A stretch of DNA of 63,175 nucleotides, counting the filler, from Craspedostauros australis (lineage: Eukaryota), in assembly GCA_030167865.1 (NCBI GenBank). It is 9 parts of 9 records of this genome, joined end to end, with 100 filler letters (N's around TTAATTAATTAA, not from the genome) between each part and the next. Parts side by side here need not be neighbours in the genome. Positions count along the whole stretch, not along the records: positions 33,971 to 47,498 come from JALAGF010004592.1; 8 more parts are not named here. One strand, written 5' to 3'. The notes beneath the pieces were generated by a model that made no database searches, was not told where the DNA came from, and worked only from the letters and a program-made list of their open reading frames with translations. The translations under genes were made by a program, and so were the position numbers. Positions 34,153 to 44,767 of the stretch are shown piece by piece. Every line of letters begins with the position of its first letter. The first letter of the stretch is position 1.

Positions 34153-36708
34153 TCAGTCGCCGTTTGTGGCATGTGTGCGAAAGCACGTGCGGGCGTCACC
34201 TTGTTTGGAAACTTCGGGGCAGCACCACACGAGCGTCCCGGGTGCAGTTGATGGACAATGTTCGCAGATGAAGACAACCAGCTTGTTGCAGACGATACAT
34301 CTTCCTCGAGCAGATCTCTGTCCTCGCCTCAAACGCCCTTTGCTGTCCTTGTACACATTTGGCAGCTGTTTCTGCGCTTTTGCAAGGCGATGGTTGCCGA
34401 TTTGGTATGGTGATTGTTTCTGTTCCTGTTGTGGTTGGCTGTTGTTGTTGGTACCGTTGCGACTGTTGCTGGTGTCGTTGGCGGTGGCGCTGTTGTCTGG
34501 CTCGTTGGATTTATTCGTCCCGTCGTCCATGTTATCGCAAGCGTGCCCTTGTGGCAGAATAGATGTAGTTTCGAGACACCGTGGCGTGTCATGTTCGTCG
34601 TTGAGGATCATGTCCTCCGCAAGCATGTTGATGAAGGTTCGCAGGGTAACCTTTTTGTGCCTGTGGCGAGACCCGAGATGATACATGTATGCCTTCATTG
34701 CATCCACGACAGTGAGGGCGAACAAAGTCGTCGCCAGGCGGAAATACCCGTCCTTTGTCACCCAGATCCTCTCGAGTCCCAGCAAATCTTGGCGGACATG
34801 ATTGTGCGTGTCCACGGCATTGGACGCGCCAAAATACTTACTGGCCACCTCGGGTCTTGGGACCTCCTTCATTTGATGCCTGCGTTCGTCGTCGATCCAT
34901 CTCGCGATGTACGGCGTGGATGCCCCCAAATGTCCTGATCCAGAGGAGAACACAAATGGAATCACTGAATTGCGCGAGTACTTGTATCCGATGGCGTATA
35001 TTTCTGTTGCAGCATCATCACAATTGACATCCCCATCGTCACGGTTGCGTTTCAGAAGCAGCTGTGTTCCAGAGGGCCAGTCGCTCATCTTTTCTTGGAG
35101 GAACTTGAGTGGGAAGCCGGCGGACGAGGTTTTGATGATTCCAATGAATCCAGAATTTGCCTTCGCAGCGATCTCCGAGCACGTCTGCACAGAGGCGAAC
35201 CATGAATCTCCAATGAAAATGCTTCTTGGGAAGGAAAACTCTGACGTGTCGATGTGAATGTTGTTTCGACCAATGTCATGCGTCGCCAGAGCCATGCGCA
35301 GAGAACAGGCAACAGTTGCTTTCCCGCAATCTCTCACGTGATCGGCCTGGTCCATCTCTCGCTTTCCTCGTTGAATCTCTAAGTGAAGCATGATACCGGT
35401 TTCACAATCGGCAACGGTTTTGAACTCCACCCCAAGCGGTTCCGGCTTGCGCGGAATGTGCGTCAGATGTGGAAGGTTTCCGGTGGGTGACAGACGAGGC
35501 TTGTACGCGGTCATAGTTTCGTCCATGACTTTTACCTGACCCGGAATGATCGTGTCACAACGACGTTTGTTGAATAACTCCACCCCAGGTTGAATTTGCC
35601 ACCACTTGTCGTTGTGTTGCCTGGCCGGGTCAGAGAACAAGTAAGGGATGAAGTTTTCGCGGATGTATTTGAAGCGGTGGAAAGGCATGTGCTTCGTGAG
35701 ATCTCTTACCTCACAGAACCCTTCGCTCATCCGGTCACCCCAGAGCTTCGTGGTGGAATCCAGCTTGCCAACAAGCATGATCCCAAAAAACACCCACAGT
35801 TCGCGCTCTGATACAGGGTTTTGGTTGCGCCTGCCGCCAACATCAATTACGCCTGCATTGATTCGCCTGTTGAGAGCGTCGATTTGCCGCTTCCAGTCGC
35901 CTGGCCACAGATGTTGCACCAGTCCCAGCAGGTTAATCCGGTCGCGATTGGTGTCATCTCGCGAACACTTTTTGCCAAAGTCAAAACCTGCCACACCAAG
36001 CTTGGTTTGAGCCTCGTCGTCGCGGTGTTGAATAGAATCGTCATCAACCACTGTCCATGACACTGTATTCCTCTGCTTGCCGACCATAACCGTTGTACCC
36101 ATCAATCGCTTTTTCTCCTCCATGTGTGAGTATCCTGCTGACTCTTCTTCACGTAGCATAACGTAGTCGAATTCGTCACCCGTGAGCAAATCGCCTGTGC
36201 TCGGGTCAAACGTTGAATGCAGGTCACCTGTTGCATCATCGTCGCCGCAAATCGAGATTCCTGGCGCAGACTCATCCGTGTTTTGGTTAGACATGTCCAT
36301 GGCTGCGCCATGGCTGGTTGATGTGCTGTTGGGAAGGGATAAGACATTGGCGCTTTGCGAATAAGACGCGTCACTGAACGTTGATGTGGTGCGGCAGAGG
36401 TCGTGGTACCGCGACGTCTTGTAGTGTTTATCTAGCTCTGCTGATCCCCTCCCAACACTCTGTGTGCGGATGAGCTCCTCGACACAGCTGCTGTCCAATT
36501 CAACTCGCGTCTTGTCAAGTACAGTCAGCTTGGTCCCTGCATGTTGACACACTGCATTGATGGAACGCCAGTGTACAACCCAGTGATTCTTGGGGAGGGA
36601 CTTTAGAACAACACCGTAAAGGACGCTTCGGACCTTGCCCTTGCTGTTTCCAGAGGTCACAAGAGGTCCACAGGGACACGATACGTGGCTTCCAGGGCAG
36701 ATCTTCAT
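34153..36708 (-). CDS. piggyBac-like (DDE_Tnp_1_7 / PGBD type) transposase, intact 851 aa
   Basis: VMDETM, IPRKPEPLGVEFK, GDSWFAS, YFGASNAVDTHNHVRQ (catalytic Asp motifs), MPFHRFKYIR, and a C-terminal Cys-rich domain RCIVCNKLVVFICEHC...CFRTH. Confidence 0.9.
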   Translation of the reverse strand: MKICPGSHVSCPCGPLVTSGNSKGKVRSVLYGVVLKSLPKNHWVVHWRSINAVCQHAGTKLTVLDKTRVELDSSCVEELIRTQSVGRGSAELDKHYKTSRYHDLCRTTSTFSDASYSQSANVLSLPNSTSTSHGAAMDMSNQNTDESAPGISICGDDDATGDLHSTFDPSTGDLLTGDEFDYVMLREEESAGYSHMEEKKRLMGTTVMVGKQRNTVSWTVVDDDSIQHRDDEAQTKLGVAGFDFGKKCSRDDTNRDRINLLGLVQHLWPGDWKRQIDALNRRINAGVIDVGGRRNQNPVSERELWVFFGIMLVGKLDSTTKLWGDRMSEGFCEVRDLTKHMPFHRFKYIRENFIPYLFSDPARQHNDKWWQIQPGVELFNKRRCDTIIPGQVKVMDETMTAYKPRLSPTGNLPHLTHIPRKPEPLGVEFKTVADCETGIMLHLEIQRGKREMDQADHVRDCGKATVACSLRMALATHDIGRNNIHIDTSEFSFPRSIFIGDSWFASVQTCSEIAAKANSGFIGIIKTSSAGFPLKFLQEKMSDWPSGTQLLLKRNRDDGDVNCDDAATEIYAIGYKYSRNSVIPFVFSSGSGHLGASTPYIARWIDDERRHQMKEVPRPEVASKYFGASNAVDTHNHVRQDLLGLERIWVTKDGYFRLATTLFALTVVDAMKAYMYHLGSRHRHKKVTLRTFINMLAEDMILNDEHDTPRCLETTSILPQGHACDNMDDGTNKSNEPDNSATANDTSNSRNGTNNNSQPQQEQKQSPYQIGNHRLAKAQKQLPNVYKDSKGRLRRGQRSARGRCIVCNKLVVFICEHCPSTAPGTLVWCCPEVSKQGDARTCFRTHATNGD

Positions 36709-37127
36709 GGTGAGCTATTCGATGTAGAGCAGATAGGGAGCACCAGGATGCCGATGAAGCTAGGGAAGGGTTGGCAGTACTCGATGATGTTGCCATCCTC
36801 GAGGTCGTGGCAGCACATCCTCCTCGTGATGTCAAGATGGCGCGAAAAACGAAAAGAATTTGCAGTCGTGCTTCCGAGTACGGATCGGAGTGGTCAAATA
36901 TCATTCCGACTGCCATGGGACCACTAAACGCAAGCATATCTCCATATCATCGCACTCAAACACAATAAAGACCATATGGTTGTGACCAACTCGGAGAGAG
37001 GATTCTTAAATGATATCTATTGTGCAGATTGGGCCAAAGACCGCTAAGTCCGGAGACTTCAAAGATGGAGGGTCGAATTTCTCGAAAAAAGAGGCAAGAT
37101 CCTACCAGACTCCTGTAGAATCCTACT

Positions 37128-37394
37128 TGTAGCCAACTGTAGCCAATGAAAATCCGGTCCGTCCGTCGTCCGAAGGCAAAACCACACCAAGGGGGTCAAC
37201 AAACAGATAAAGATCGACGAGATGGTAGTAACAACAAGATAATTTTATTGCTTGCCTGGATAGCCCTTTCTCTTAAGTTTAGGTAGATGCAAAGAGATGT
37301 TCGATTGAGTCTCTATAACTTTAAGTCTGAGTTTGGGAAAAATGGGTCCAAAATCTGTAGCCAACTGTAGCCAAAAATCGCCAATAATCGCCAA
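37128..37394. repeat. Short direct-repeat clusters upstream of the transposase (possible subterminal repeats)
   Basis: TGTAGCCAACTGTAGCCAA at 37128-37146 and 37356-37374, then AATCGCCAA twice at about 37376-37394. Confidence 0.6.
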
Positions 37395-38875
37395 TTTTTG
37401 GGGTCTGTTTCTTTGAGGCACCAGAGCACACCAGATGGGATGCAAAGTCTCCTACTCGTACCATACATCTGGCCACTCCGCAAGCGCAATTGGCGGTGCC
37501 ATGAAATATGCACGCTTCTTCCGAACACAATTTGGGCCGGTATGTGGCATGATACTTCCACAGAGCGCCATTTCTTGGCGCGAGTAGGTGGGTGCGGCAA
37601 ATTTCGAAGTCGACGTCACGTGATACTCCCGAGAGAGCGTATACAGTCTGCTGTTGGACTATTTCATAATACTATTCTATGTTTACAACCAATGAACGTT
37701 GGTGGACGTCCAACATCTTCTATTTCTCGTTTTCCGACTCTTGTGCACAAGTACCAACGCGGACCGGGGTGCAGCATGTCGCTCCAAAGCGTCGTAGACT
37801 CTGGAGCCACCCGCGCCAGATTCGGTCGATTGCATGTTTCTGGTGTTGCCTGTATCGTTTCTGACGACCACTCAGCCCGCAATCGCGCAACCGAGGAAGG
37901 GCCTCACTTTTTGCAATTTGGGCTTCTTTTCTCTGCCTACCTTCATCGGAGTCTCCTCGCAACCAAAGCAGGCCGTTTCTTCCACTTGCAGTAGCTCGGA
38001 CATAGTTGTACCACAAAAGTACTGATCCGTGCCCACTCTTACTCTTGCTTTTGCTCTTTGTCCTTGTGTGCGTGCATCGCGAACACCGAATAGATCGGAT
38101 CGGGGTTCCGAGAAAGATGTCAAGGGGATCGTGAATGATTGTTGACATTCATTCGTTCTCTTTGTGGCCATCAGTGCTCATGAGTCGATTTTCTCATCGT
38201 TGCACCTTTGTGACTGCGTGAGTTGCATCTGTGATGTCATTCGACACCGTTGTTACCTCCTTTGACGGGTAGAGAAAAATATGGGAACAGCAGGATGACC
38301 TCAGGTTCCTTGGCTTTCACAGAGACGTCAACCTGGGATTCAATCCGCACGCTTGACTGTGCTTCGTTTGTGATCGCGATCGTTCTCTCGCCACAACGAA
38401 TCATGCCACATTGATGTTGGGGATGGGTGGAAGAGAAGCCGAAACGATCTTCCCCAGCAAGCGCACACAACCTCCGTTGATCTTTCGGCCCTCGCCTTGT
38501 ACCCTTCTAATTTGTGAGGGGCGATTTGGCCAATGGCAGCGGGTCCGCTGGTTGGCTGCTTCCGGAGCAGCGCGTTATTGCTTGTTTGTGCCGACGGCCA
38601 ACAGCGCGAGTGGGTAGCGTGAGTGGGCATCACCGGAGGCTTTGGCAAACAGAGCATGGCAACCGTAGACAACATCCCCTTTGATGAAGGGCATTCCCAA
38701 CGAAGCCGATCCTCTCTTCCACATCCACATCTTCATCCACATCTTCATCCACATCCACATCTCTCAACATAGGCCCACAATCTGATCTCAAACAACCAAC
38801 TGAAGCGACAGCGATTCCCACGGATCCAACGCAAGCCAGCCAAAATCAAATCAGTTCGAACTCAGCCCATTCCAG

Positions 38876-39835
38876 ATGACCATCAACGCAGGAACGGTGG
38901 TGATCGACGACATCACCCATTCATCCGAAGATGAAGTATCGGCATCCAGCCATCGCAGCAACATCATTCTTTCCAGCAAGAGTCTCAAACGCATCATCGT
39001 CTCCAACAGGCGGACATCCTACCAGCCCACACGTAAATCATGGCCAACGACGTCACACTCGGCACCATCGCCATCTCCTTCAGTGATATCTGCATCTGCG
39101 TTGACGGGGACATGCCAGCAGCCGATTCATCCATCGCACTTCTTCGGCTCCTTCCGACGAAGGTCCAGCATGCTTCTCTCATCGCCGTTTGGAAGCGACA
39201 TGTCGTTGAATCTGATCAAGGAAGACCACACCACTCTCGATGGTATGGAGAATAGGGATTGTGGCGACAGTAGCAGTGATAGCGGCGATAGTGGCGACGT
39301 CGACACTAGCCAGCAGTCCATCGACGGCGACGAAGACAAGGAGGAGACTCAGACAGACAGCGATCAGGATAGCAAGAGCTTGACGTACGTAGATGATCGC
39401 AATGTAGATGTCCACGATGGATATGGACACAGCAGCCACTGCCGCTGCCACCACCATCACCCTCACCATCGGCACAGACACAGGCAGACAAATCGACATC
39501 ATGGGCAGCAGCGTCACCACAAACACCACCATCACCATGAACAGCATGAGCAGCAGGAACAGCAGTGCCGACATCACAGATCATCTAGCGCCAACAACGC
39601 AGATTCTGCACCACAACCATGCATTCGCTCATCTTCGAGTAGAGGCAGTCACGAAACCAACAGGACGAGCTGCGAATGCGGTGATCCGTCGACAGGCATG
39701 TACCGATGGCAGGCCGTGTCGAATGTGTGCAGTAGGGATGTGCCGCCCACCATGTGCAAGGGCCACACCAAAAAGAGCACTCGCGACACCTTGCGACCGC
39801 CAAAGAGATGTCTAAGTCCCATCCATCGTTGGTGA
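38876..39835 (+). CDS. Hypothetical low-complexity protein (Ser-rich, acidic, poly-His/Gln tract)
   Basis: 319-aa ATG-initiated ORF with coding-like composition and a C-terminal PPKRCLSP motif; no recognisable domain. Confidence 0.55.
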   Translation: MTINAGTVVIDDITHSSEDEVSASSHRSNIILSSKSLKRIIVSNRRTSYQPTRKSWPTTSHSAPSPSPSVISASALTGTCQQPIHPSHFFGSFRRRSSMLLSSPFGSDMSLNLIKEDHTTLDGMENRDCGDSSSDSGDSGDVDTSQQSIDGDEDKEETQTDSDQDSKSLTYVDDRNVDVHDGYGHSSHCRCHHHHPHHRHRHRQTNRHHGQQRHHKHHHHHEQHEQQEQQCRHHRSSSANNADSAPQPCIRSSSSRGSHETNRTSCECGDPSTGMYRWQAVSNVCSRDVPPTMCKGHTKKSTRDTLRPPKRCLSPIHRW

Positions 39836-40494
39836 CTCCAAACGAGCATAGCGGCATGGTGGCATCGCTGCATGGTATGATTGTAAACCATACTAGTGAT
39901 GGCATACCAGTACAGGTGGAGGATTCTACACTACGAGGATAGAGTCCAGACCAACCGAATGGGAACAGCCATGGATGGGAAACCGACAGCGGTGGAGATT
40001 GGATACTGCTAACACAATCGCCACGAGCGGTCAGCTATCTTGCGTAAAAATGTATTGTATCTCTTTGCGCAGAGCTTGGAGAGTGGAGTGATGTAAGAAT
40101 AGTGCATGGTACAGTCGCTAACACTTGATATCTTACCATAGTAATTTGAAGCCATCAACATTGTGTTCCCTCGAGGAGCGCGCCCGCCTTCACCCTCCGC
40201 ATGAGAGGCGGTGGCATGTAGCGGTCGTCACCGGAGTTTCGATGTACTTTCGAGTGGGCGAGCAGAGATGTATTATCCGATGTTAGAAAATAGAGTACGA
40301 TTGCCACACTGGACTCTTCAGAATACGAGTACGCACCCTGCAATCCTTCCTCATGCAGACTCACCATCATACGTCCTATAATACATCCGCTTCCCAGCCC
40401 AGGAATATTCGTATTCGTACCAGTGCGAGGGTGATGTCACTGCCATCACGAAGGTAGCAACAAGAAATGCATGTCTGGAGCCTCTCCAGAGAAT

Positions 40495-40586
40495 GAGAGA
40501 GAGAGAGAGAGGAGAAGTAAAGTCACATGGCCGTCACAACTACTCTCTCTCTCTCTCTCTCTCTCTATGTGTGTGTGAGTGTGTGT
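40495..40586. repeat. (GA)n, (CT)n and (TG)n microsatellites
   Basis: GA run 40495-40511, CT run 40543-40566, then a TG run; similar CT/GA runs at about 41384-41430. Confidence 0.85.
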
Positions 40587-42360
40587 AGATCGTAGAGTAC
40601 TCTACTCAATTTTTTGGTTGTACCATGATGAAAAACTCCCAATCCAGAATGTTGTGCATTCTACCGCATCTCCGTGACATGTCAAGTGTGTTCCGATGTT
40701 CGTTTCGACGACTAATTCGAGCTGTTCGGCTTCCGCCAGGCAACGAATCATGTCAGACGAACAGAATCATTGCTTTGGCGCTGTGTGCCCGGAGTGATGT
40801 GCGGAACTTTGCGCAGTGCTTCATTCAACTTGCTTCGTCCAGAAATCTGCAATTTCGTTTCCTCGAGAACATGTGAGAACGCAAAAACCATCTTGAGCGA
40901 AGGATGCTGATGAACAACGGCAACATGATGATAGATGCTGCGCAGTTGGAGATTCGGCGCTGTTGATTGCTGATGGCAGGCTGCAAGGGTCTCCTCTTCG
41001 CCCATCGTCTGTATAGCTGTTCCTGCCGACGAGGCCTGTTGGATCCAAACTCCCGCCTTGCTGTTGGTTCGGGTTTCTTCATCGCTCATCGACAACAGTG
41101 GGTGACAATTGGACGTTTCCTGTTTTGATGGGTGGTGTGGACAGACCGACGCAGAGATCCAGGCGCGAGTACGTCAGATTGGTTGGTGAGCAGCAGCCCT
41201 GCTTGAGAACTCTGGCATCGCCGCCGATCCGGTATCCACGAACGTAATGCTTCCACGTTGCGTACGTAATTCATGCTACGTGTGGCTTTTGTACACGACG
41301 TACACACGCCCGCACTTGTAGATGATATCGATTTGGACACGATGTTCTAGGTATGTGTTGTATTGTATTATTCCAGTGCTTCGTCTCTCTCTCTCTCTCT
41401 CTCTGGAGGAAGAGAGACAGAGAGAGACGCAGATACAGCTAGGAGTATAGTGCAGAATAGAGATCTTGTCAGATAGGAGCATCTAGGAGGCTGGCAGGAC
41501 CATCCCTTCCGCGCCAACCAATCAACGAACCAGTTGAGGTTGAGGCTGGGTTTGAGTTGGTGTTAGTCGCCTTCACTTCTGTCTCCAACACGCGAAAATA
41601 TCATTCGTGTCAGGGAGCGCCTGAGTTCCGAAAAGCAACAAGGAGGACTGTCTGCAGAGCTCGTGTGGCGCCGCTTTGCGATGGTGCGAACCGCCAAACA
41701 TTCCAAGGTGACACCGTGGTTCGTCACGATGATGCGTTTTGATTGGCCAAATTTCTTCACCAAGTCAGGAAGTTTCTCTCGCACACGTCATGTTTCCCCC
41801 TGACGGAAAACAGAGTGGGCGGCGCTGTACTTCCTCGTTAAGTGAATTTTCTAGTTTTGGGGCGCGTTTGGTTTTGGCTTTTGTTTGCTGAGGAAGAGAC
41901 AACAGTGCGAGACCCCGCGGAGCGGTGCAAAGTACAGAGAAAACAGCGAAACCAAAACGAAGCAGCCAACAACGTGAAACCGCATCACAACCACGGAAAC
42001 AATCGGCCTCACCATTTCAACCGCCACCGCAAGCCCACAAACAACTGAACAGAGTGTGGTAACGTCCGCTGTACTGTCCAGGAACATCGCAGCAAACGAA
42101 GCAACTGGCGAGACCAAGACGAGACGTCACAATACAACGAAAGTCCCATACTGAAGTACCCTGAGTTGACGAAGTTGACCATAGCATACCATCACACACC
42201 CTCGCCCACACGAACGCAAGCAGGTAAAGCAGAGCGCCGCACAGCATCAAGAGCGCGCAGAAGTTCACAGAGTATTATCCCATACTACTCGTTCTCGCCG
42301 TGCAGGTGGGAGGATACGTGCGGACCCAGTGCAGAGGCAGAGTACGAGGACGCTCAGATC

Positions 42361-44767
42361 ATGGACACGGCAGCTCTTGCAGCACAGCTGCTTCGCTTGG
42401 CAACGCCGCAGGCGAACGCGACGCCGCAGCAACCACAGGCGCGCGCGATGGCGGCAGGTCGCAGCGAGACCGTCGGCAATGCCAACGACTACAACAGCAA
42501 CGACTACAACAACGGCGGCAACGACAGCACACAACCACAGCTCAGCGCGAACGACAGCATGCTCATACACCAAGCAAAGTTGCAACTGGAGAAGCATGGT
42601 CAGGCGCAACAGGAGCAGCAACGACGACGACACCAGGAGGAACAGCATGAAGAAGAACGGCAGCAGCAACTCCAGCACTTCCAAAATCAGTTGCAACAGC
42701 AGCAGCTCCAGCATTTGCAGCAGCTCCAGCACCAACTGAACCAAACAAAGGTCGCAAACACAGCCATGAATGGAAATGGCAACGCTACCGTTCCCATCGC
42801 CGCCAATGCCGGGACGAACGTGAACATGGCCGCCAAGGCGACCGGCAATACGGATTGCAACATCGCCAATGCTCCTGCCGTGACGAAACCCAACAGCAAG
42901 GGGAGAGGCAGAGCCAAGGGCGTCAAGAAGACCAGGGACGGTCTTGTAGCCGGCAGCACCGCCATTCCCAAGATATACAGAAGCGGTGAACCGCAGTTTC
43001 CGTGGATGCTGCACAGGCTTCTGGCCGATGTGGAGAAGCACAACCGCACCGACATCATCTCTTGGATGCCTTGTGGCCGTGCCTTCATGGTCCACAGCCG
43101 CGACCTCTTCCTCAAGTACATCCTGCCCAACTATGTGCGTCAATCCAGGTTCAAGAGTTTTGCGAGATCCCTCAACTTGTGGGGTTTCACCACGTGCCGC
43201 AAATGCTGCGGCGAGCGCCTTCGCGGAGCATGTAAGTTATCATTTGCCTCTCGTCTATGCTTGTATGCACTCGGTGTCCACACGCTCACTGCTCTCTCAG
43301 ATTGATCGTGCGTCGCGCTCTCGTCGTTCGAAAACTGACCAAAGTCACCTTGCCACCGCCGTTACAGACTTCAATCCTCTCTTCATCAGGGGTGCACCGA
43401 CACTCAGCCACAAGATGGTCCGAACCAAGATCAAGCACTTCAAGTCAAGGCCGTCCAACGCCTGCAAATTCTGTGATTATCGCAGAGAGAACCCCATCGA
43501 TTCCTTTCCGCGTGACATCCCCCAGCCTTGTCCTCCAAATGAAACGGCAATGACGACGATGCCTCGCATCATGGCAAGTGCTCCGTTGCGTGCGCCTGTG
43601 CATCAACCAGTTCCGCCGCAAGCACGGTCACCGCAGTTGTCACCACAACCAATGCCGCCGCCACCGCCGCACGCAATGACTTTACAAATGTTGCCACCGC
43701 AGCCACAAGCACGACCTCCTCAAGCTATGCCTCAGCAGATGCCGCCGCAGATGCCGCCACCACCCGTGCATCGCCCAACGCAACAGCATCCTGTGCAACT
43801 TCAAATGCAGATGAAACCATCTCCGCCACCGCCTCCAAGCGAATCCGACTCAAGCTCGATCGCATCGTCACAGTCATCCGCTTCGGATCGTCCCATCATG
43901 CTGCCAACGCCACCAACTCGACCAACTCTCTCCACTGCCCCTGAGGTCTCTATTATGGAGTCGCATCAACAAGGAAACTACGCAGCTGACGAAAACCAAG
44001 AGTCCCAGCAGCCACACCAGAGCTCTTCGGCCTCAGTCACGGCGCCGGTCGATGCAGAGCAACAGCCCGAACGCGTTCCGTCTTCCACAACAGCCATGGC
44101 CACTGGTGAAGACGATCATGATCGTGGCCGCCCCCGGGCTGTTATTGGGGCCGCTGCAGCACCAGAAGAAGTTCCGAGCAACCCAATCCAGACCAGCGAG
44201 ATAAAAATCCTTGACCCGCGCAAGAGAGAATCCTGGACGAAAGAGGACTATGATATGTGGATGAGACAGAACATCGATAGCCAGCTCGCGAGAGAGGATA
44301 CGAACGGTAACACCGTCGCCACCACCAGTATCAATGTGAGCCAAAACCTCAACTTGGGGATGCCGATGCAAATGCCTCTGCTTAACGTGGTTCAATTGCC
44401 GGGCATCCTACCCCCCAATGGCTCTCGCGGCCAGCCAACCACCACACTGGGAGCAGTGAATATACAGGGCCCAGGCACTGCGGCCGGTGGCGATGGCGGC
44501 AGCTTCATCATCAACACCGCACTGGCGCACAATCCTGCTGCCTCGGGCGTTGGTGCTATCGGTGGTCCCATGGTTGCCGCTCCGGTCACAGGCGCGCCCG
44601 CTCCTCAGGGTTCGCTCCTGAACAAGTCCATGCGCCTCATTCCAGTCCAGCCCTACGGATTGTACGGTCAGCAAATCCAGATCCTGCCCATGAGCTGCTT
44701 GCAACAGATCCATGTTCCAGCCGAGGATGCAAACAGCAAGCCGCCGGCACAAAACGATGCGGAATAG
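42361..44767 (+). CDS. HSF DNA-binding domain transcription factor; two exons (42361-43231, 43368-44767); Gln-rich N-terminus, Pro-rich C-terminus
   Basis: FPWMLHRLL...IISWMPCGRAFMVH...QSRFKSFARSLNLWGF. Removing the intron GTAAGT (43232)...TTACAG (43367), with branch-like CTGAC at 43335, restores GAYFNPLFIRG, the expected end of the HSF domain. Confidence 0.92.

Noticed and set aside
37128..37394. Spaced direct repeats as a CRISPR-like array
   Set aside because: Only two 19-bp copies 228 bp apart, built from 10-bp tandem units, in eukaryotic context with no cas genes
40495..40566. (GA)n and (CT)n runs able to form a hairpin or MITE-like inverted repeat
   Set aside because: Simple microsatellites, frequent in this genome; no TSD or unique terminal sequence
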